From Nitrospirota bacterium (GTDB lineage: Bacteria; Nitrospirota; UBA9217), in assembly GCA_963790205.1 (NCBI GenBank), contig CAWBNQ010000005.1, positions 384,001 to 448,000 of the forward strand: 64,000 nt of DNA, written 5' to 3'. The notes under the pieces were generated by a model, which saw only the letters and a program-made list of their open reading frames with translations, was not told where the DNA came from and searched no databases. Below, in pieces: positions 1-9,809 of this stretch. The position numbers and the translations under genes were made by a program. Within the stretch, counting starts at the first letter, position 1; each line of letters starts with the position of its first letter.

Positions 1-177
1 GGCCGGCGGAGCCCCGACGCCGACCGCGGTAATCACGTTCGTGGTCCAGTCAACCGTTCCCGTGCTGCCGACGGGATTCACTACATCAGTAACCGTGCCG
101 GCAAGCTGCGCCTGGGCACTGGCGGCGAGCATGAGAACTGCCATAACAACTGCAACAAATCCCGCTTTCCGAAACAT
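1..177 (-). CDS. Partial (5' end only) secreted protein, LPP20-like family possible
   Basis: ATG at 177 with GGAGG RBS. Reads MFRKAGFVAVVMAVLMLAASAQAQ (signal peptide) ...GTVDWTTNVITAVGVGAPP and runs off the window edge. Not in the ORF track. Confidence 0.7.
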   Translation of the reverse strand, partial: MFRKAGFVAVVMAVLMLAASAQAQLAGTVTDVVNPVGSTGTVDWTTNVITAVGVGAPPA

Positions 178-533
178 AATGTCCCTCCGTGTGATTAAGG
201 TTATTTATCAGGTTAAGTTTCGCTTTGATACCATTTGTCATTATTTCGACGCTCGCATCCCCTGGAAGCATGATTCCATCGAAAAATTTTTTTTGACTAT
301 TTCATAGAAGACCTTCTAAGGCAAGGTAATATTCCATTTATGGATCGCGAGGTCGGGCGAAATACGATTGTAAAAACAGGCGGGGATAATTTGCCTGAAA
401 ACGTATGAAACTATACCCGGGGAAGCCCCTGTTGTCAAGGAAAGCGGCATATCCGGCCAGTGGCTGCTCCGGGAAAAAATATTTTCTTTATATCCCTGTC
501 ATGAGACCCGGATGTGTAAAGACGGGAAAGGGA

Positions 534-1256
534 CTAGACTGCCCGTGCAATCGTAAGGGCCGTGACCCGGGAAGCGCCGGCGTCCTTGAGCACTCTGGCA
601 CACTCGTTCATGGTCGCGCCCGTGGTGAATACATCATCGATGAGCAGGACGTCCCGGCCCTTCAGTTCCGCCGGTTTCCTGAGCGCAAAAGCGCCCGCGA
701 CGTTTTTTATCCGTTCTGCTCCCGACAACTCCACCTGAGGCCTCGTTGGACGGACTCTTTTGAGATTATCGAACGAGAGCGGTAGTGAAAAGGTTTTGCT
801 TATACCATCAGCAAGAATAAGCGCCTGGTTGAACCCTCTCTGTCTGAGGCGGGACGTATGGAGCGGCACGGGAATGATGCAATTAATATCTCCGACAGGG
901 CGGATGTTTTCCGCCATCCATGCGGCCAGCGGTTTGCCCAGCGCTCGGCAGGGCCGGTACTTGAACTGGTGGATCGCCTCGCGGAGCGGCCCCTCAAAAT
1001 AGCCGATTGACAAAGCCTGGTCGAAGACCGGAGGCGCCTGCCTGCATGCCAGGCAGTGATGGGAAGGGCTCTGTGCTAATGCCTCCGGAGATTCAAAGGG
1101 TTTTCCACAGAGGGGGCAGACCGGGTCGTCTATGAATGAAAAATCAGACCAGCAGGAAGAACAGAAAAAAGGGACAGCGGAATCGGCAACGGAAGAGTTG
1201 CAGTAGGAGCAGGAAGTGGGGAGAAAAAGATCGAGGATGCGGTGAAAGAAGCTCAT
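534..1256 (-). CDS. comF: ComF family competence protein (double zinc ribbon + PRTase domain)
   Basis: CxxC pairs, RQRGFNQA and LLIDDVFTTGAT motifs. Confidence 0.9.
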   Translation of the reverse strand: MSFFHRILDLFLPTSCSYCNSSVADSAVPFFCSSCWSDFSFIDDPVCPLCGKPFESPEALAQSPSHHCLACRQAPPVFDQALSIGYFEGPLREAIHQFKYRPCRALGKPLAAWMAENIRPVGDINCIIPVPLHTSRLRQRGFNQALILADGISKTFSLPLSFDNLKRVRPTRPQVELSGAERIKNVAGAFALRKPAELKGRDVLLIDDVFTTGATMNECARVLKDAGASRVTALTIARAV

Positions 1257-1301
1257 ATTGTCTCGAAATCCCAAATAACAAATATGTTCAAAGTCGAAAT
1301 T

Positions 1302-1439
1302 CTAACAGGCTGTCGAAAAATCCCGTCAGGTGTCATTGCGAGGGGCGTTTTTGCGGCGCGGCAATCTGTCTGATTTTTTCAAAAACCGAGGTCGTTTCGT
1401 TCGCAAAGACGGCCGACATATTTTTCAGCAACCTGTCAG
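1302..1439. mobile_element. MITE-like element with an internal REP-like palindrome
   Basis: Imperfect terminal IRs CTAACAGGCTGTCGAAAAA / TTTTTCAGCAACCTGTCAG, with internal GTCATTGCGAGG...GCGGCAATCT. Confidence 0.55.
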
Positions 1440-1447
1440 TGCTTGCC

Positions 1448-2986
1448 TCAAACGATGAGGCTTCTCCCCGTCATCTCTCGCGGTTTTTCTATTCCAAGAA
1501 GATCAAGCACGGTAGGCGCCACGTCGGCAAGAAGGCCGCCGTCTCTCAGTTTGACCTTCTCGCCCACGACGATGAAGGGCACGGGATCGGTGGTATGTGC
1601 TGTATGAGGCTGGCCGGTCGCGGAATCAGCCATCATTTCGAGGTTGCCGTGGTCCGCGGTGATGAGCACACGAGCCCCCCCTTCCTGTGCGGCGCGAAGC
1701 ACCCGTCCGAGGCACTCGTCCAGGACTTCCACTGCCTTGACCGCGGCCTCAAGGATGCCCGTATGGCCGACCATGTCGGGGTTGGCGTAATTGGCGAGAA
1801 TGAAACCATACTGGCGGGATACTATATGTTTGACCAGCAGATCGGTGATCTCCCGCGCGCTCATTTCCGGTTTTTTATCATAGGTAGCTACATCTCGCGG
1901 AGAAGGGACAAGCTCTCGGTCTTCGAGCGGGAACGGAGACTCTTCTCCGCCGTTGAAGAAGAACGTGACATGGGCATATTTCTCGGTTTCAGCGATGCGA
2001 AGCTGCCGTATTCCCTGTGAGCTCAAGATCTCACCGAGAATATGGGTGAGCCGTATCGGCGCAAAAGCGACCGGCAGGTCGAAGGTATCATCATAGGCCG
2101 TGAGGCAGATGAAGGACGAGAGCATGGGCACCAGGCGGCGCTTGAAGCCTTCAAAGCCCGGGTCGGTGAGTGCCCGGGTGATTTCACGGGCGCGGTCCGA
2201 GCGGAAATTGCAGAAAATGACGGCGTCGTTATCTTTGATCGTTGCGAGGGGCCGGTTGGTCTTCGGATCCAGGATGACCGTCGGCAGCACGAATTCATCG
2301 GTCCTGCGGTTTTCGTAACTCTGCCTGACCGCGTCGATGGCGGTATATTTTCTGATCCCCTCGCCCGCGACGAGGGCCTCGTACGCCTTCTGGACCCGCT
2401 CCCATCTCTTGTCCCGGTCCATGGCATAGTAGCGCCCCGAGACCGTTGCGATCCTTCCGATACCTATGGTGACAAGATAGTCTTCAAGCCTGGCGATGTA
2501 TTCAAGGGCGCTCGATGGCGGCGTGTCCCTGCCGTCCAGAAAAGCATGGAAAAAAACTCTCGTTAACCCATGGGCTTTGGCCATGTCAAACATCGCAAAA
2601 AGGTGGTCAAGCCTGCTGTGTACGCCGCCGTCCGAGAGCAGCCCCATGAGATGGAGCGCCTCTCCTGACTTTTTTACAGACTCCATGGCCGAGACCAAAA
2701 CCGGATTTTTAAAGAACTCCCCTTCCCTGATGGCTTTGCTGATGCGTGTTGAATCCTGATACACCACCCTGCCGGCCCCGAGATTCAAGTGGCCCACCTC
2801 GGAGTTCCCCATCTGGCCGTCGGGCAGACCGACCGCCTCGCCTGAAGCCCGAAGTTCCGTGTTCGGGCATTCTTTGATAAGGCTGTCGTAAACCGGCGCG
2901 TGTGCCGCGGCAATGGCATTCCCTTCTTTATTCCTGTTGATGCCCCATCCGTCCAGGACAACCAGCACTACGGGCATATTCGACAT
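1448..2986 (-). CDS. gpmI: 2,3-bisphosphoglycerate-independent phosphoglycerate mutase
   Basis: [52 protein letters not shown]. Confidence 0.97.
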   Translation of the reverse strand: MSNMPVVLVVLDGWGINRNKEGNAIAAAHAPVYDSLIKECPNTELRASGEAVGLPDGQMGNSEVGHLNLGAGRVVYQDSTRISKAIREGEFFKNPVLVSAMESVKKSGEALHLMGLLSDGGVHSRLDHLFAMFDMAKAHGLTRVFFHAFLDGRDTPPSSALEYIARLEDYLVTIGIGRIATVSGRYYAMDRDKRWERVQKAYEALVAGEGIRKYTAIDAVRQSYENRRTDEFVLPTVILDPKTNRPLATIKDNDAVIFCNFRSDRAREITRALTDPGFEGFKRRLVPMLSSFICLTAYDDTFDLPVAFAPIRLTHILGEILSSQGIRQLRIAETEKYAHVTFFFNGGEESPFPLEDRELVPSPRDVATYDKKPEMSAREITDLLVKHIVSRQYGFILANYANPDMVGHTGILEAAVKAVEVLDECLGRVLRAAQEGGARVLITADHGNLEMMADSATGQPHTAHTTDPVPFIVVGEKVKLRDGGLLADVAPTVLDLLGIEKPREMTGRSLIV

Positions 2987-3007
2987 TCAGACTCCTCGGT
3001 GAAAAAA

Positions 3008-3130
3008 TATAAAATTTCAAATATCAAATCACACATAATATCGAAATTCCAAATCCTCATTTTCTAAACTGTTTTGAATTTCGCAATGGGAATTTGGTAT
3101 TTATTTGAGATTTGATGCTTGGGATTTATA
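3008..3130. repeat. ~120-bp imperfect palindrome of 7-bp-period units (AAATNNC / GNNATTT)
   Basis: Left arm aaatttc-aaatatc-aaatcac...gaaattc-caaatcc aligns with the reverse complement of the right arm ...gaatttg-gtattta-tttgaga-tttgatg-cttggga. Confidence 0.75.
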
Positions 3131-3140
3131 ATTTGTCGTA

Positions 3141-4448
3141 TCAGCAGGGTTTCTCGAGATTCACCCCGAAGGTGTTCCACTTGCCGCAGTTCGGGCACCG
3201 GCCGGACCACGCGGTTGTCCTCAACTCGCAGTTCCCGCACACATAGGGTATAATGATCTGTTTTTTGAAACCGAGCGCCTTTTTAAATTCCGAAGCAGCC
3301 AGCCCCAGGGAGCCCCTGCGCAGGTAGATGTTCCCGAGCAGCTTGTGCACGTCGGGAAATTCCTTGTCTCCCCAGTCCACGGAGGAGAGAATGTCGAATG
3401 CCTCGTCGACCATCTCGAGACGGTAGAAAAGTTTGCCGAGGAAAAATTTGAGCGATATGTCCTGGGGCCTCCAGGTGACGGCTTGTTTATACAGTTCGAT
3501 GGCCTTCCCCGGCTCGCCCTGCCTGAGATAGAGGTCTTCGAGACGGTGCAGGAGCAGAAGCGACAAGGTCATCTTATAGGCTTTTTCCCAGAGCTCAGCC
3601 GCTTCTTTCACCTTGTTTTCCTCGAAATACACCTCTCCCAGCCCCAGGTACGCGGGGATAAAATCCTTGTCGAGCTTGATCACGCCGCGGAATATCTTTT
3701 TTGCCCGTTCCATGTCCCCCGCCTCGAGGAGTGAACGACCGAATTCATACTTGAACCCGACGAGTTTGCGGTGCTCGACCTCCTGCTCCGCCGGTGAGAG
3801 AGGATTTGTCAGCAATTGGCGCTGCGTTTCGTAGAGCTCCTGCCAGTGGTTGAGCCGTTGATAAAGGTCGCGCATCCTGATAAGAGCCGTCAGGTTGGAG
3901 GAATCCTTGGCGAGGATCTCCTGGTATACCTTCAGGGCGTCATCGTAGCGCTTTGCTTCTTCATAGTCGGCGGCGAGTGAAAACATGACTTCCTGATTGT
4001 TGCTGTCAAGGCTCAGGGCCTTCTGATGGAGCAGGATGGCCTCTTGAGGGTTCTTCTCGCGCAACTGACTGATGCCCATGCGCAGGAGCGTATCCACATG
4101 GTTGGGATCAATGGCGAGCACTTTCTGGAAGAAGCTGGTCGCTTCGGGATTGCGCTTTGCGAGCAGGGAGTTGAGCCCTTTGGTGTACAGTTCCTGGATG
4201 CGGGACCGCTTTTTCTGTTCACGCTGCACCCTGAGGCCGCGCAGAAGTCGTTTAACATCGCGCAACAGGTACATGATGAGGATAATCCCGGCGCCGATAG
4301 ACAGTGAAATGAGGAAAAATGCCGATTTGGAGATATCATAGGATTTGGACGGGAGAAGGGTGACCGTAATAGTTCCCGGGTTGAACTCGTGCAAAGCGAA
4401 TAGCATCAGAAGAAGCACCAGAAACATTATCGTGACGAAGAATCTCAT
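3141..4448 (-). CDS. lapB: LapB-like TPR protein with N-terminal LapA-like TM segments and C-terminal rubredoxin-like domain
   Basis: Two N-terminal TM helices, TPR repeats, YVCGNC...WSGRCPNCGKWNT. Confidence 0.8.
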   Translation of the reverse strand: MRFFVTIMFLVLLLMLFALHEFNPGTITVTLLPSKSYDISKSAFFLISLSIGAGIILIMYLLRDVKRLLRGLRVQREQKKRSRIQELYTKGLNSLLAKRNPEATSFFQKVLAIDPNHVDTLLRMGISQLREKNPQEAILLHQKALSLDSNNQEVMFSLAADYEEAKRYDDALKVYQEILAKDSSNLTALIRMRDLYQRLNHWQELYETQRQLLTNPLSPAEQEVEHRKLVGFKYEFGRSLLEAGDMERAKKIFRGVIKLDKDFIPAYLGLGEVYFEENKVKEAAELWEKAYKMTLSLLLLHRLEDLYLRQGEPGKAIELYKQAVTWRPQDISLKFFLGKLFYRLEMVDEAFDILSSVDWGDKEFPDVHKLLGNIYLRRGSLGLAASEFKKALGFKKQIIIPYVCGNCELRTTAWSGRCPNCGKWNTFGVNLEKPC

Positions 4449-4509
4449 CCGCGGCCCTCTCTTTTAACAGTTCAAACGGTTTAAACAGCTTAAACGCTGT
4501 TTATTGAAA

Positions 4510-4980
4510 TTAATAATGATAGGTCTTCCCTTTGATGATCGTAAATGCCCGGTAGAGCTGCTCAAGGAGCACGAGCCTGGCCATTTCGTGCGTGAACGTC
4601 CAACGGGACAGGGCAACGGTCTTGTGCGAGCGGGCGATAACCTCCTCGTCGAGCCCCATGGCCCCGCCGATGATGAAAATTATTTCCCGCACACCCGACT
4701 CCAGCGTATTGTTTAATAATGCGGCAAATTCGTGGGAGGTGAACCCCTCTCCCCGCTCATCAAGACTGATCAGATAAGCCCCGGCGGGAACCGTTTTGAA
4801 GATTCTTTCCGCTTCCTTTTTCCGGATCAAGGGCGCATCCCTCAAATCCTGTATTTTCTCTTCTTTCAGCTCTTTGATTGACGCATCCGCATAGGGCCTG
4901 AGGTACCGGAGGTACTTTTCAATACCTCCCTGGATGAACCGTTCCTTTGTCTTTCCCATGCAGAGTATGGTCAGCCTCAT
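4510..4980 (-). CDS. rlmH: 23S rRNA pseudouridine-1915 N3-methyltransferase
   Basis: LDERG, FIIGGAMGL, LLEQLYRAFTI...YHY. Confidence 0.96.
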   Translation of the reverse strand: MRLTILCMGKTKERFIQGGIEKYLRYLRPYADASIKELKEEKIQDLRDAPLIRKKEAERIFKTVPAGAYLISLDERGEGFTSHEFAALLNNTLESGVREIIFIIGGAMGLDEEVIARSHKTVALSRWTFTHEMARLVLLEQLYRAFTIIKGKTYHY

Positions 4981-5354
4981 GGGAAAACGCTCTGCAGCGC
5001 CCGGGGCCGGCCGGTAAACGGCACCCTGACCGCCTCACCCCAGAGCTTATCCAGAGCATAGTGGAGCCTCGTCTGTTCGTCAAAGATGTGCACCACCACG
5101 TCCCCATAGTCCATCAGCACCCAGCTCGAATCCATCCGGCCCTCGATATGGGATGGGTGCACGCCGGTCTTGGCCAGCGTCTGGCCTATCCAGTCTGAAA
5201 TAGCGGATACCTGCGTGATATTGCTCCCGGAGCAGATCACGAAATAGTCCGTAATATAGGTGAGCCTGCGAAGGTCGAGAATCAGGATGTCGAAGGCTTT
5301 TTTATTGTCCGCAGCCTCGGCCGAGAGCAGAGCTGTTTCCAGTGCACTAAGCAT
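4977..5354 (-). CDS. rsfS: Ribosome silencing factor
   Basis: DYFVICSG and WVLMDYGDVVVHIF...LDKLW; lies between nadD and rlmH. Confidence 0.95.
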   Translation of the reverse strand: MLSALETALLSAEAADNKKAFDILILDLRRLTYITDYFVICSGSNITQVSAISDWIGQTLAKTGVHPSHIEGRMDSSWVLMDYGDVVVHIFDEQTRLHYALDKLWGEAVRVPFTGRPRALQSVFP

Positions 5355-6006
5355 ACAATTTGTTTTCAATTATATAGTGTTCCACCGTTTCAGGCAAGTG
5401 GTATTTGATGGTCCGTGCCTGCCGTATGCGCGTACGAATGTCGGTGGACGATATGTCGTAGAGGGAGATCCGCTCGAGATAGACCTTGCGGTCATCGGAC
5501 TGCATCACGACCTGCGCCGTCTCCTGCCGGTCCAAGGCCGCAAGGTCCCGGGCCGACTCCTTCATGAAGACGATCCTGGCGAGGTCGGCAAAGGAATACC
5601 CAGGCCTCGACAAAACAACAAAAAAGCAGAGCGTGAGCAGCCGTTTCCAGTCCTTCCAGGACTGGATGTCCAGGAACGAATCGAGCCCGGTGATGAAATA
5701 CAGTTCCACACCCGGATGCTGCGGAAGGAGGGCCTCGATGGTGTCGATGGTGTAGGACTTCCCTCCTCGTTTTACCTCGATGTCGGAAACCTTGAAATGG
5801 TTGTTACCGCTAATGGCGAGACGGACCATCTCCATCCGCTGTACGGCAGAGGGCATGTCTTCTTCCTGTTTATGCGGAGGGAGAAAGGATGGAATGAACA
5901 GGACCCGGTCCAGTTTCAACCGGTCACGCACCTCTTCGGCAGCGGCCAGGTGGCCGTAATGGATGGGATTGAACGTTCCGCCGATGATTCCGAGTCGTTG
6001 TGGCAA
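5347..6006 (-). CDS. nadD: Nicotinate-nucleotide adenylyltransferase
   Basis: GGTFNPIHYGH, SYTIDT, ISSTDIR; TTG start after GGAGG. Confidence 0.95.
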   Translation of the reverse strand: MPQRLGIIGGTFNPIHYGHLAAAEEVRDRLKLDRVLFIPSFLPPHKQEEDMPSAVQRMEMVRLAISGNNHFKVSDIEVKRGGKSYTIDTIEALLPQHPGVELYFITGLDSFLDIQSWKDWKRLLTLCFFVVLSRPGYSFADLARIVFMKESARDLAALDRQETAQVVMQSDDRKVYLERISLYDISSTDIRTRIRQARTIKYHLPETVEHYIIENKLYA

Positions 6007-6139
6007 GCTACCTCCGATAGTATTCCGGCCGACGGACCGAGGGAAAATCACCGACTGAAATGTTTTTATTCCGCATTCCGCCTGTGCCCAGCATTTACGA
6101 GCGCTTTGCGCGAGTGCAGGGTAAATTCCGAAATCCGCG

Positions 6140-7396
6140 TTATCTTCTGATCTGCCCGTTCCCGAAGACGATGAACTTGGTGGAGGTAAGTTCCTCCAGC
6201 CCCATGGGGCCGCGCGCGTGGATCCTCGTGGTGGAGATGCCGATTTCCGCGCCGAGACCGAACTCAAAGCCGTCGTTGAGCCGCGTGGATGCGTTCACGA
6301 ACACGGCCGAGGCGTCAACCTCGCGTTGAAACCTCAGGGCCTTGGCGTAATCATTGGTGACGATCGCCTCCGAATGCTGCGAACCATGCGTTGCGATATG
6401 CTCCATGGCGTCGTCCATGTTGTCAACCACCTTCACATTCAAGATCAAATCGTTATATTCCGAGTCCCAGTCTTTGTCCGTCGCTGCTTTAACTTCGGGC
6501 ACGATCGCCTTCGTTTTAGCGCAACCCCTTACCTCAACACCCGCTTTCATGAATTTACCGAGCATCGCGGGCAGAAAGGAAGAGGACAGGTCCTTGTGCA
6601 CAAGCATGGTCTCCATGGCATTGCAGGTTCCGGGCCGCTGGACCTTTGCGTTAAAGCAGATCTCTTCGGCCATTCCCGGATCGGCTTTGCAGTCGACATA
6701 GACGTGGCATACGCCCTTGTCGTGCTTGATCACGGGAATGATGGAATTTTCCGATACCATGCGGATAAGCCCCTCGCCGCCCCGGGGAATGATAAGGTCG
6801 ATGAATTGATTGAGCTTGAGCATCTCCATGACGCAGGCGCGGTCCGGGTTCTCGATAAATGAAACCGCTCCTTCCGGGATGCCGGCCTCTGCGCCGGCCC
6901 TCGAGAGCAGTGCGGCAATCGCGGTATTTGAATGTACGGCCTCGGACCCCCCGCGCAGCAGCACCCCGTTCCCGGATTTCAGGCAAAGGGCCGCCGAATC
7001 AGCGGTCACGTTCGGCCGTGATTCGTAGATAATCCCGATGAGCCCGATGGGAACGCGCATTCTGCCGACCTGCATGCCGTTCGGCCTGCGCCACATTTTG
7101 AGCACTTCACCAACGGGATCGGGCAATGCCGCCACTTCCCGCAGCCCGTCGGCCATGGCCTTGATCCTGTCCGGATTCAGGGTCAGCCGGTCGATCATGG
7201 CCTTTGACAACCCCTTTTGCTCTGCCGTTATGATGTCCTTTTTGTTCTCGGCGACGAGTTTACCGGTTTCCTTCTCAAGGCCGGCAGCCATTTTGAAAAG
7301 CGCATTATTTTTTATCTCCGTTGAGAGGTTCGCGAGCGCCCTCGATGCGGCCTTGGCCTTCTTTGCCTTGTCGAAAACATATTGTTTGATATCCAT
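6140..7396 (-). CDS. proA: Gamma-glutamyl phosphate reductase
   Basis: IIYESRPNVT, CNAMETMLVH, GAEIGIST...HARGPMGL. Confidence 0.97.
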   Translation of the reverse strand: MDIKQYVFDKAKKAKAASRALANLSTEIKNNALFKMAAGLEKETGKLVAENKKDIITAEQKGLSKAMIDRLTLNPDRIKAMADGLREVAALPDPVGEVLKMWRRPNGMQVGRMRVPIGLIGIIYESRPNVTADSAALCLKSGNGVLLRGGSEAVHSNTAIAALLSRAGAEAGIPEGAVSFIENPDRACVMEMLKLNQFIDLIIPRGGEGLIRMVSENSIIPVIKHDKGVCHVYVDCKADPGMAEEICFNAKVQRPGTCNAMETMLVHKDLSSSFLPAMLGKFMKAGVEVRGCAKTKAIVPEVKAATDKDWDSEYNDLILNVKVVDNMDDAMEHIATHGSQHSEAIVTNDYAKALRFQREVDASAVFVNASTRLNDGFEFGLGAEIGISTTRIHARGPMGLEELTSTKFIVFGNGQIRR

Positions 7397-7492
7397 ACGT
7401 CCTCCGCTACAGAAGCTCAATGAATGAAAACTCTCTTTACCCGATTCAGACAAACGAGAGATAAATCATTTGATCGAGCAGAATTGCGCGAG

Positions 7493-8005
7493 CTACTCTT
7501 TTAACAGCTTTTGAACGTTATCCCTCAATTCCTTTTCGCCAGTGATCCCGCCGTAAATAACATTTCTTACTTTTCCGCCGGCATCGATGAGAAACATTGT
7601 AGGTAAAAACCTGACTTGATATTTCTCGCTGGCTTTGCCGTTGCGGTCGCTCAGAACAATGGGCTTGTCCACCTTCAGTTCAGTAAGCAGCGCACTTATC
7701 GTTTCAAAATCCTCTTTGACATCCACCAGCACCACCGTAACGCCTTTTGTTTTCAGTTCATCGACTAAAGAATTGATGAGAGGAAGTTCGTTCCTGCATG
7801 GTATGCACCAGGAAGCAAAAAAACTCAGAACGATGCCGTGACCGTTCTTTTTTCTCGTTGCGCCTACGGCATCACCCAGATAAAAAGTGCTCCCGGAACT
7901 GTCCGGGAGTGAAAACATCGGCGCGCTGTCATTCAGCTTCAGCCCGGCAAGTGCCGGAGACGCTATCAGAAACATCAGGATCACTGCAGTTACAGTTTTT
8001 TTCAT
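7493..8005 (-). CDS. TlpA/ResA family thiol-disulfide oxidoreductase, exported
   Basis: Signal peptide, FFASWCIPCRNELP, cis-Pro motif FLPT. Confidence 0.88.
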   Translation of the reverse strand: MKKTVTAVILMFLIASPALAGLKLNDSAPMFSLPDSSGSTFYLGDAVGATRKKNGHGIVLSFFASWCIPCRNELPLINSLVDELKTKGVTVVLVDVKEDFETISALLTELKVDKPIVLSDRNGKASEKYQVRFLPTMFLIDAGGKVRNVIYGGITGEKELRDNVQKLLKE

Positions 8006-8039
8006 TTTCAATTTCCCAGTCTTCAAGTTACAACTCACC

Positions 8040-9185
8040 TCATAGTATGACGAGATCATCCCGGTGGATCACCTCATCGTAATCCTTGTGCCCGAGAACA
8101 GATGCTATCTGCGAGGTCTTGAGCCCTTTGATCCGGTCCAGGTCTTCTGAAGAATATTTTACCAGCCCCCTCGCAAAAACCCGGCCTGCACGGTCCACGC
8201 AGGTCACGCACTCTCCTACCTTGAAGGCGCCTTCAACCTTGACCACGCCTCCCGGTAGCAGGCTCTTGCCTTTGTTCATGAGCGCCTCGCGCCCGCCGTC
8301 GTCAACCACGACCTTACCGGCCGCGCTCACCGTGTAGGCGATCCAGTGCTTCCGGCTGTCCTGTTTCTCCGGCCGCGGCAGGAACAGCGTGCCCACTTCT
8401 CTGCCGGCGAAAAGCTCCTGGAGCAGACCTGGCTTCTCTCCGTTTATGATCACCATCGGCGTGCCGTAGGCGCCGACCTTCCTGGCGGTCATGATCTTGG
8501 AGCGCATGCCGCCCGTACCGACCGGCGTCTGCGCGTCTCCTGCCGCGCGCTCCACCTCCGCGGTGATCTTTTCCACGACGGAGACAAGTTCCGCGGACGG
8601 ATCGAGCTTGGGGTCCGCGGTGTACAGGCCGTCGATATCGGACAGGATCACAAGGAGGTCGGCATCGACAAGGTGGACCACCATCCCCGAGAGGTTGTCA
8701 TTGTCGCCGAACTTGATTTCGTCCACGGACACGGTGTCGTTTTCGTTGATGATCGGGACCACGCCGTACTCCAGCAGCGTATGAAGCGTGTTCCGTGCAT
8801 TCAGGAACCGGGTCCGGTTAGAAAGGTCCTCCCGGGTAAGCAGTACCTGGGCGACCTTCCGTCCGTGAGCGCTGAAGGTCTTCTCATACATCCACATGAG
8901 GCCCGACTGGCCTATGGCTGCCGCGGCCTGCTTGAGCGAAAGGGGCATCCCGTTCTTCTTCACGAGACCCAGTTTTGTGAGCCCCGCGGCGATCGCGCCG
9001 GAAGAAACCAGGACCACTTCACGGCCCTGATCAAGAAGCTCGGAAACCTCAGCCGCAAGCCGCCCGATGCGGGCCTCGTCGAGCCCCTTCCCAGACGGCG
9101 CGAGTACCGCGCTTCCCACCTTGATAACGATCCGGTGTCTTTTTGAGAAGAGCGCTTTGCGGTCGAATGTACTGTTTTTTTTCAT
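8040..9185 (-). CDS. proB: Glutamate 5-kinase with PUA domain
   Basis: VIKVGS, VPIINENDTV, FGDNDNL, GTGGMRSK. Confidence 0.97.
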   Translation of the reverse strand: MKKNSTFDRKALFSKRHRIVIKVGSAVLAPSGKGLDEARIGRLAAEVSELLDQGREVVLVSSGAIAAGLTKLGLVKKNGMPLSLKQAAAAIGQSGLMWMYEKTFSAHGRKVAQVLLTREDLSNRTRFLNARNTLHTLLEYGVVPIINENDTVSVDEIKFGDNDNLSGMVVHLVDADLLVILSDIDGLYTADPKLDPSAELVSVVEKITAEVERAAGDAQTPVGTGGMRSKIMTARKVGAYGTPMVIINGEKPGLLQELFAGREVGTLFLPRPEKQDSRKHWIAYTVSAAGKVVVDDGGREALMNKGKSLLPGGVVKVEGAFKVGECVTCVDRAGRVFARGLVKYSSEDLDRIKGLKTSQIASVLGHKDYDEVIHRDDLVIL

Positions 9186-9224
9186 ACTCTGAACCCCGAG
9201 ACGGTCCCTCAGTAACGTATTGAA

Positions 9225-9809
9225 TTACTGCTTACGCCCTGCTTCGTGGCCGATGATCCACTCCACTGCTTCCATCAGGCTGGAAGCGGTAAAATCGGGA
9301 TCAGGCAGGAGTTCCGGACGCTTATTCCCGGGGTCATCAGGCGCGAAACCGCTCGCCACGAGAATGGCATGCGCTCCCGCGCGCTGGGCAAGCTCGACAT
9401 CGCTCCACTTGTCCCCCACCATATAGGAATGCCTGATGTCGATGGCACGTTCCTTCAGCGCCCTGTCGATCAGGCCCGTTTTCGGCTTTCGGCAATCACA
9501 GTCTACAGTATAGTGCGAGTTTCCGGCCTTCGGGTGATGCGGGCAATAATAAACGGCGTCGATGCGGGCGCCTTCGGATTTCAGCATCTCGAAGAGACGC
9601 TCGTGCGCCTCATGGACAAGGGACTCGGGGAAGTATCCCCTGGCCACGCCTGATTGATTGGTCACGAGAACGACCTGAAAGCCCGCCTCGTTCAGACGTC
9701 TGATTGCCGCGCCCGCGCCCGGTATCAGGCGGAGCTTGCTGAGATTGGCAAGGTAGCCGACTTCTTCATTGACCGTGCCGTCCCGGTCGAGAAATACCGC
9801 CTTGTTCAT
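9225..9809 (-). CDS. gmhB: D-glycero-D-manno-heptose 1,7-bisphosphate phosphatase
   Basis: FLDRDGT, TNQSGVARG, CPHHP...CDCRKPK, MVGDKWSD. Confidence 0.92.
   Translation of the reverse strand: MNKAVFLDRDGTVNEEVGYLANLSKLRLIPGAGAAIRRLNEAGFQVVLVTNQSGVARGYFPESLVHEAHERLFEMLKSEGARIDAVYYCPHHPKAGNSHYTVDCDCRKPKTGLIDRALKERAIDIRHSYMVGDKWSDVELAQRAGAHAILVASGFAPDDPGNKRPELLPDPDFTASSLMEAVEWIIGHEAGRKQ

Noticed and set aside
405..785. Plus-strand ORFs 405-785 and 1136-2020
   Set aside because: They overlap comF/gpmI antisense and have no recognisable features.
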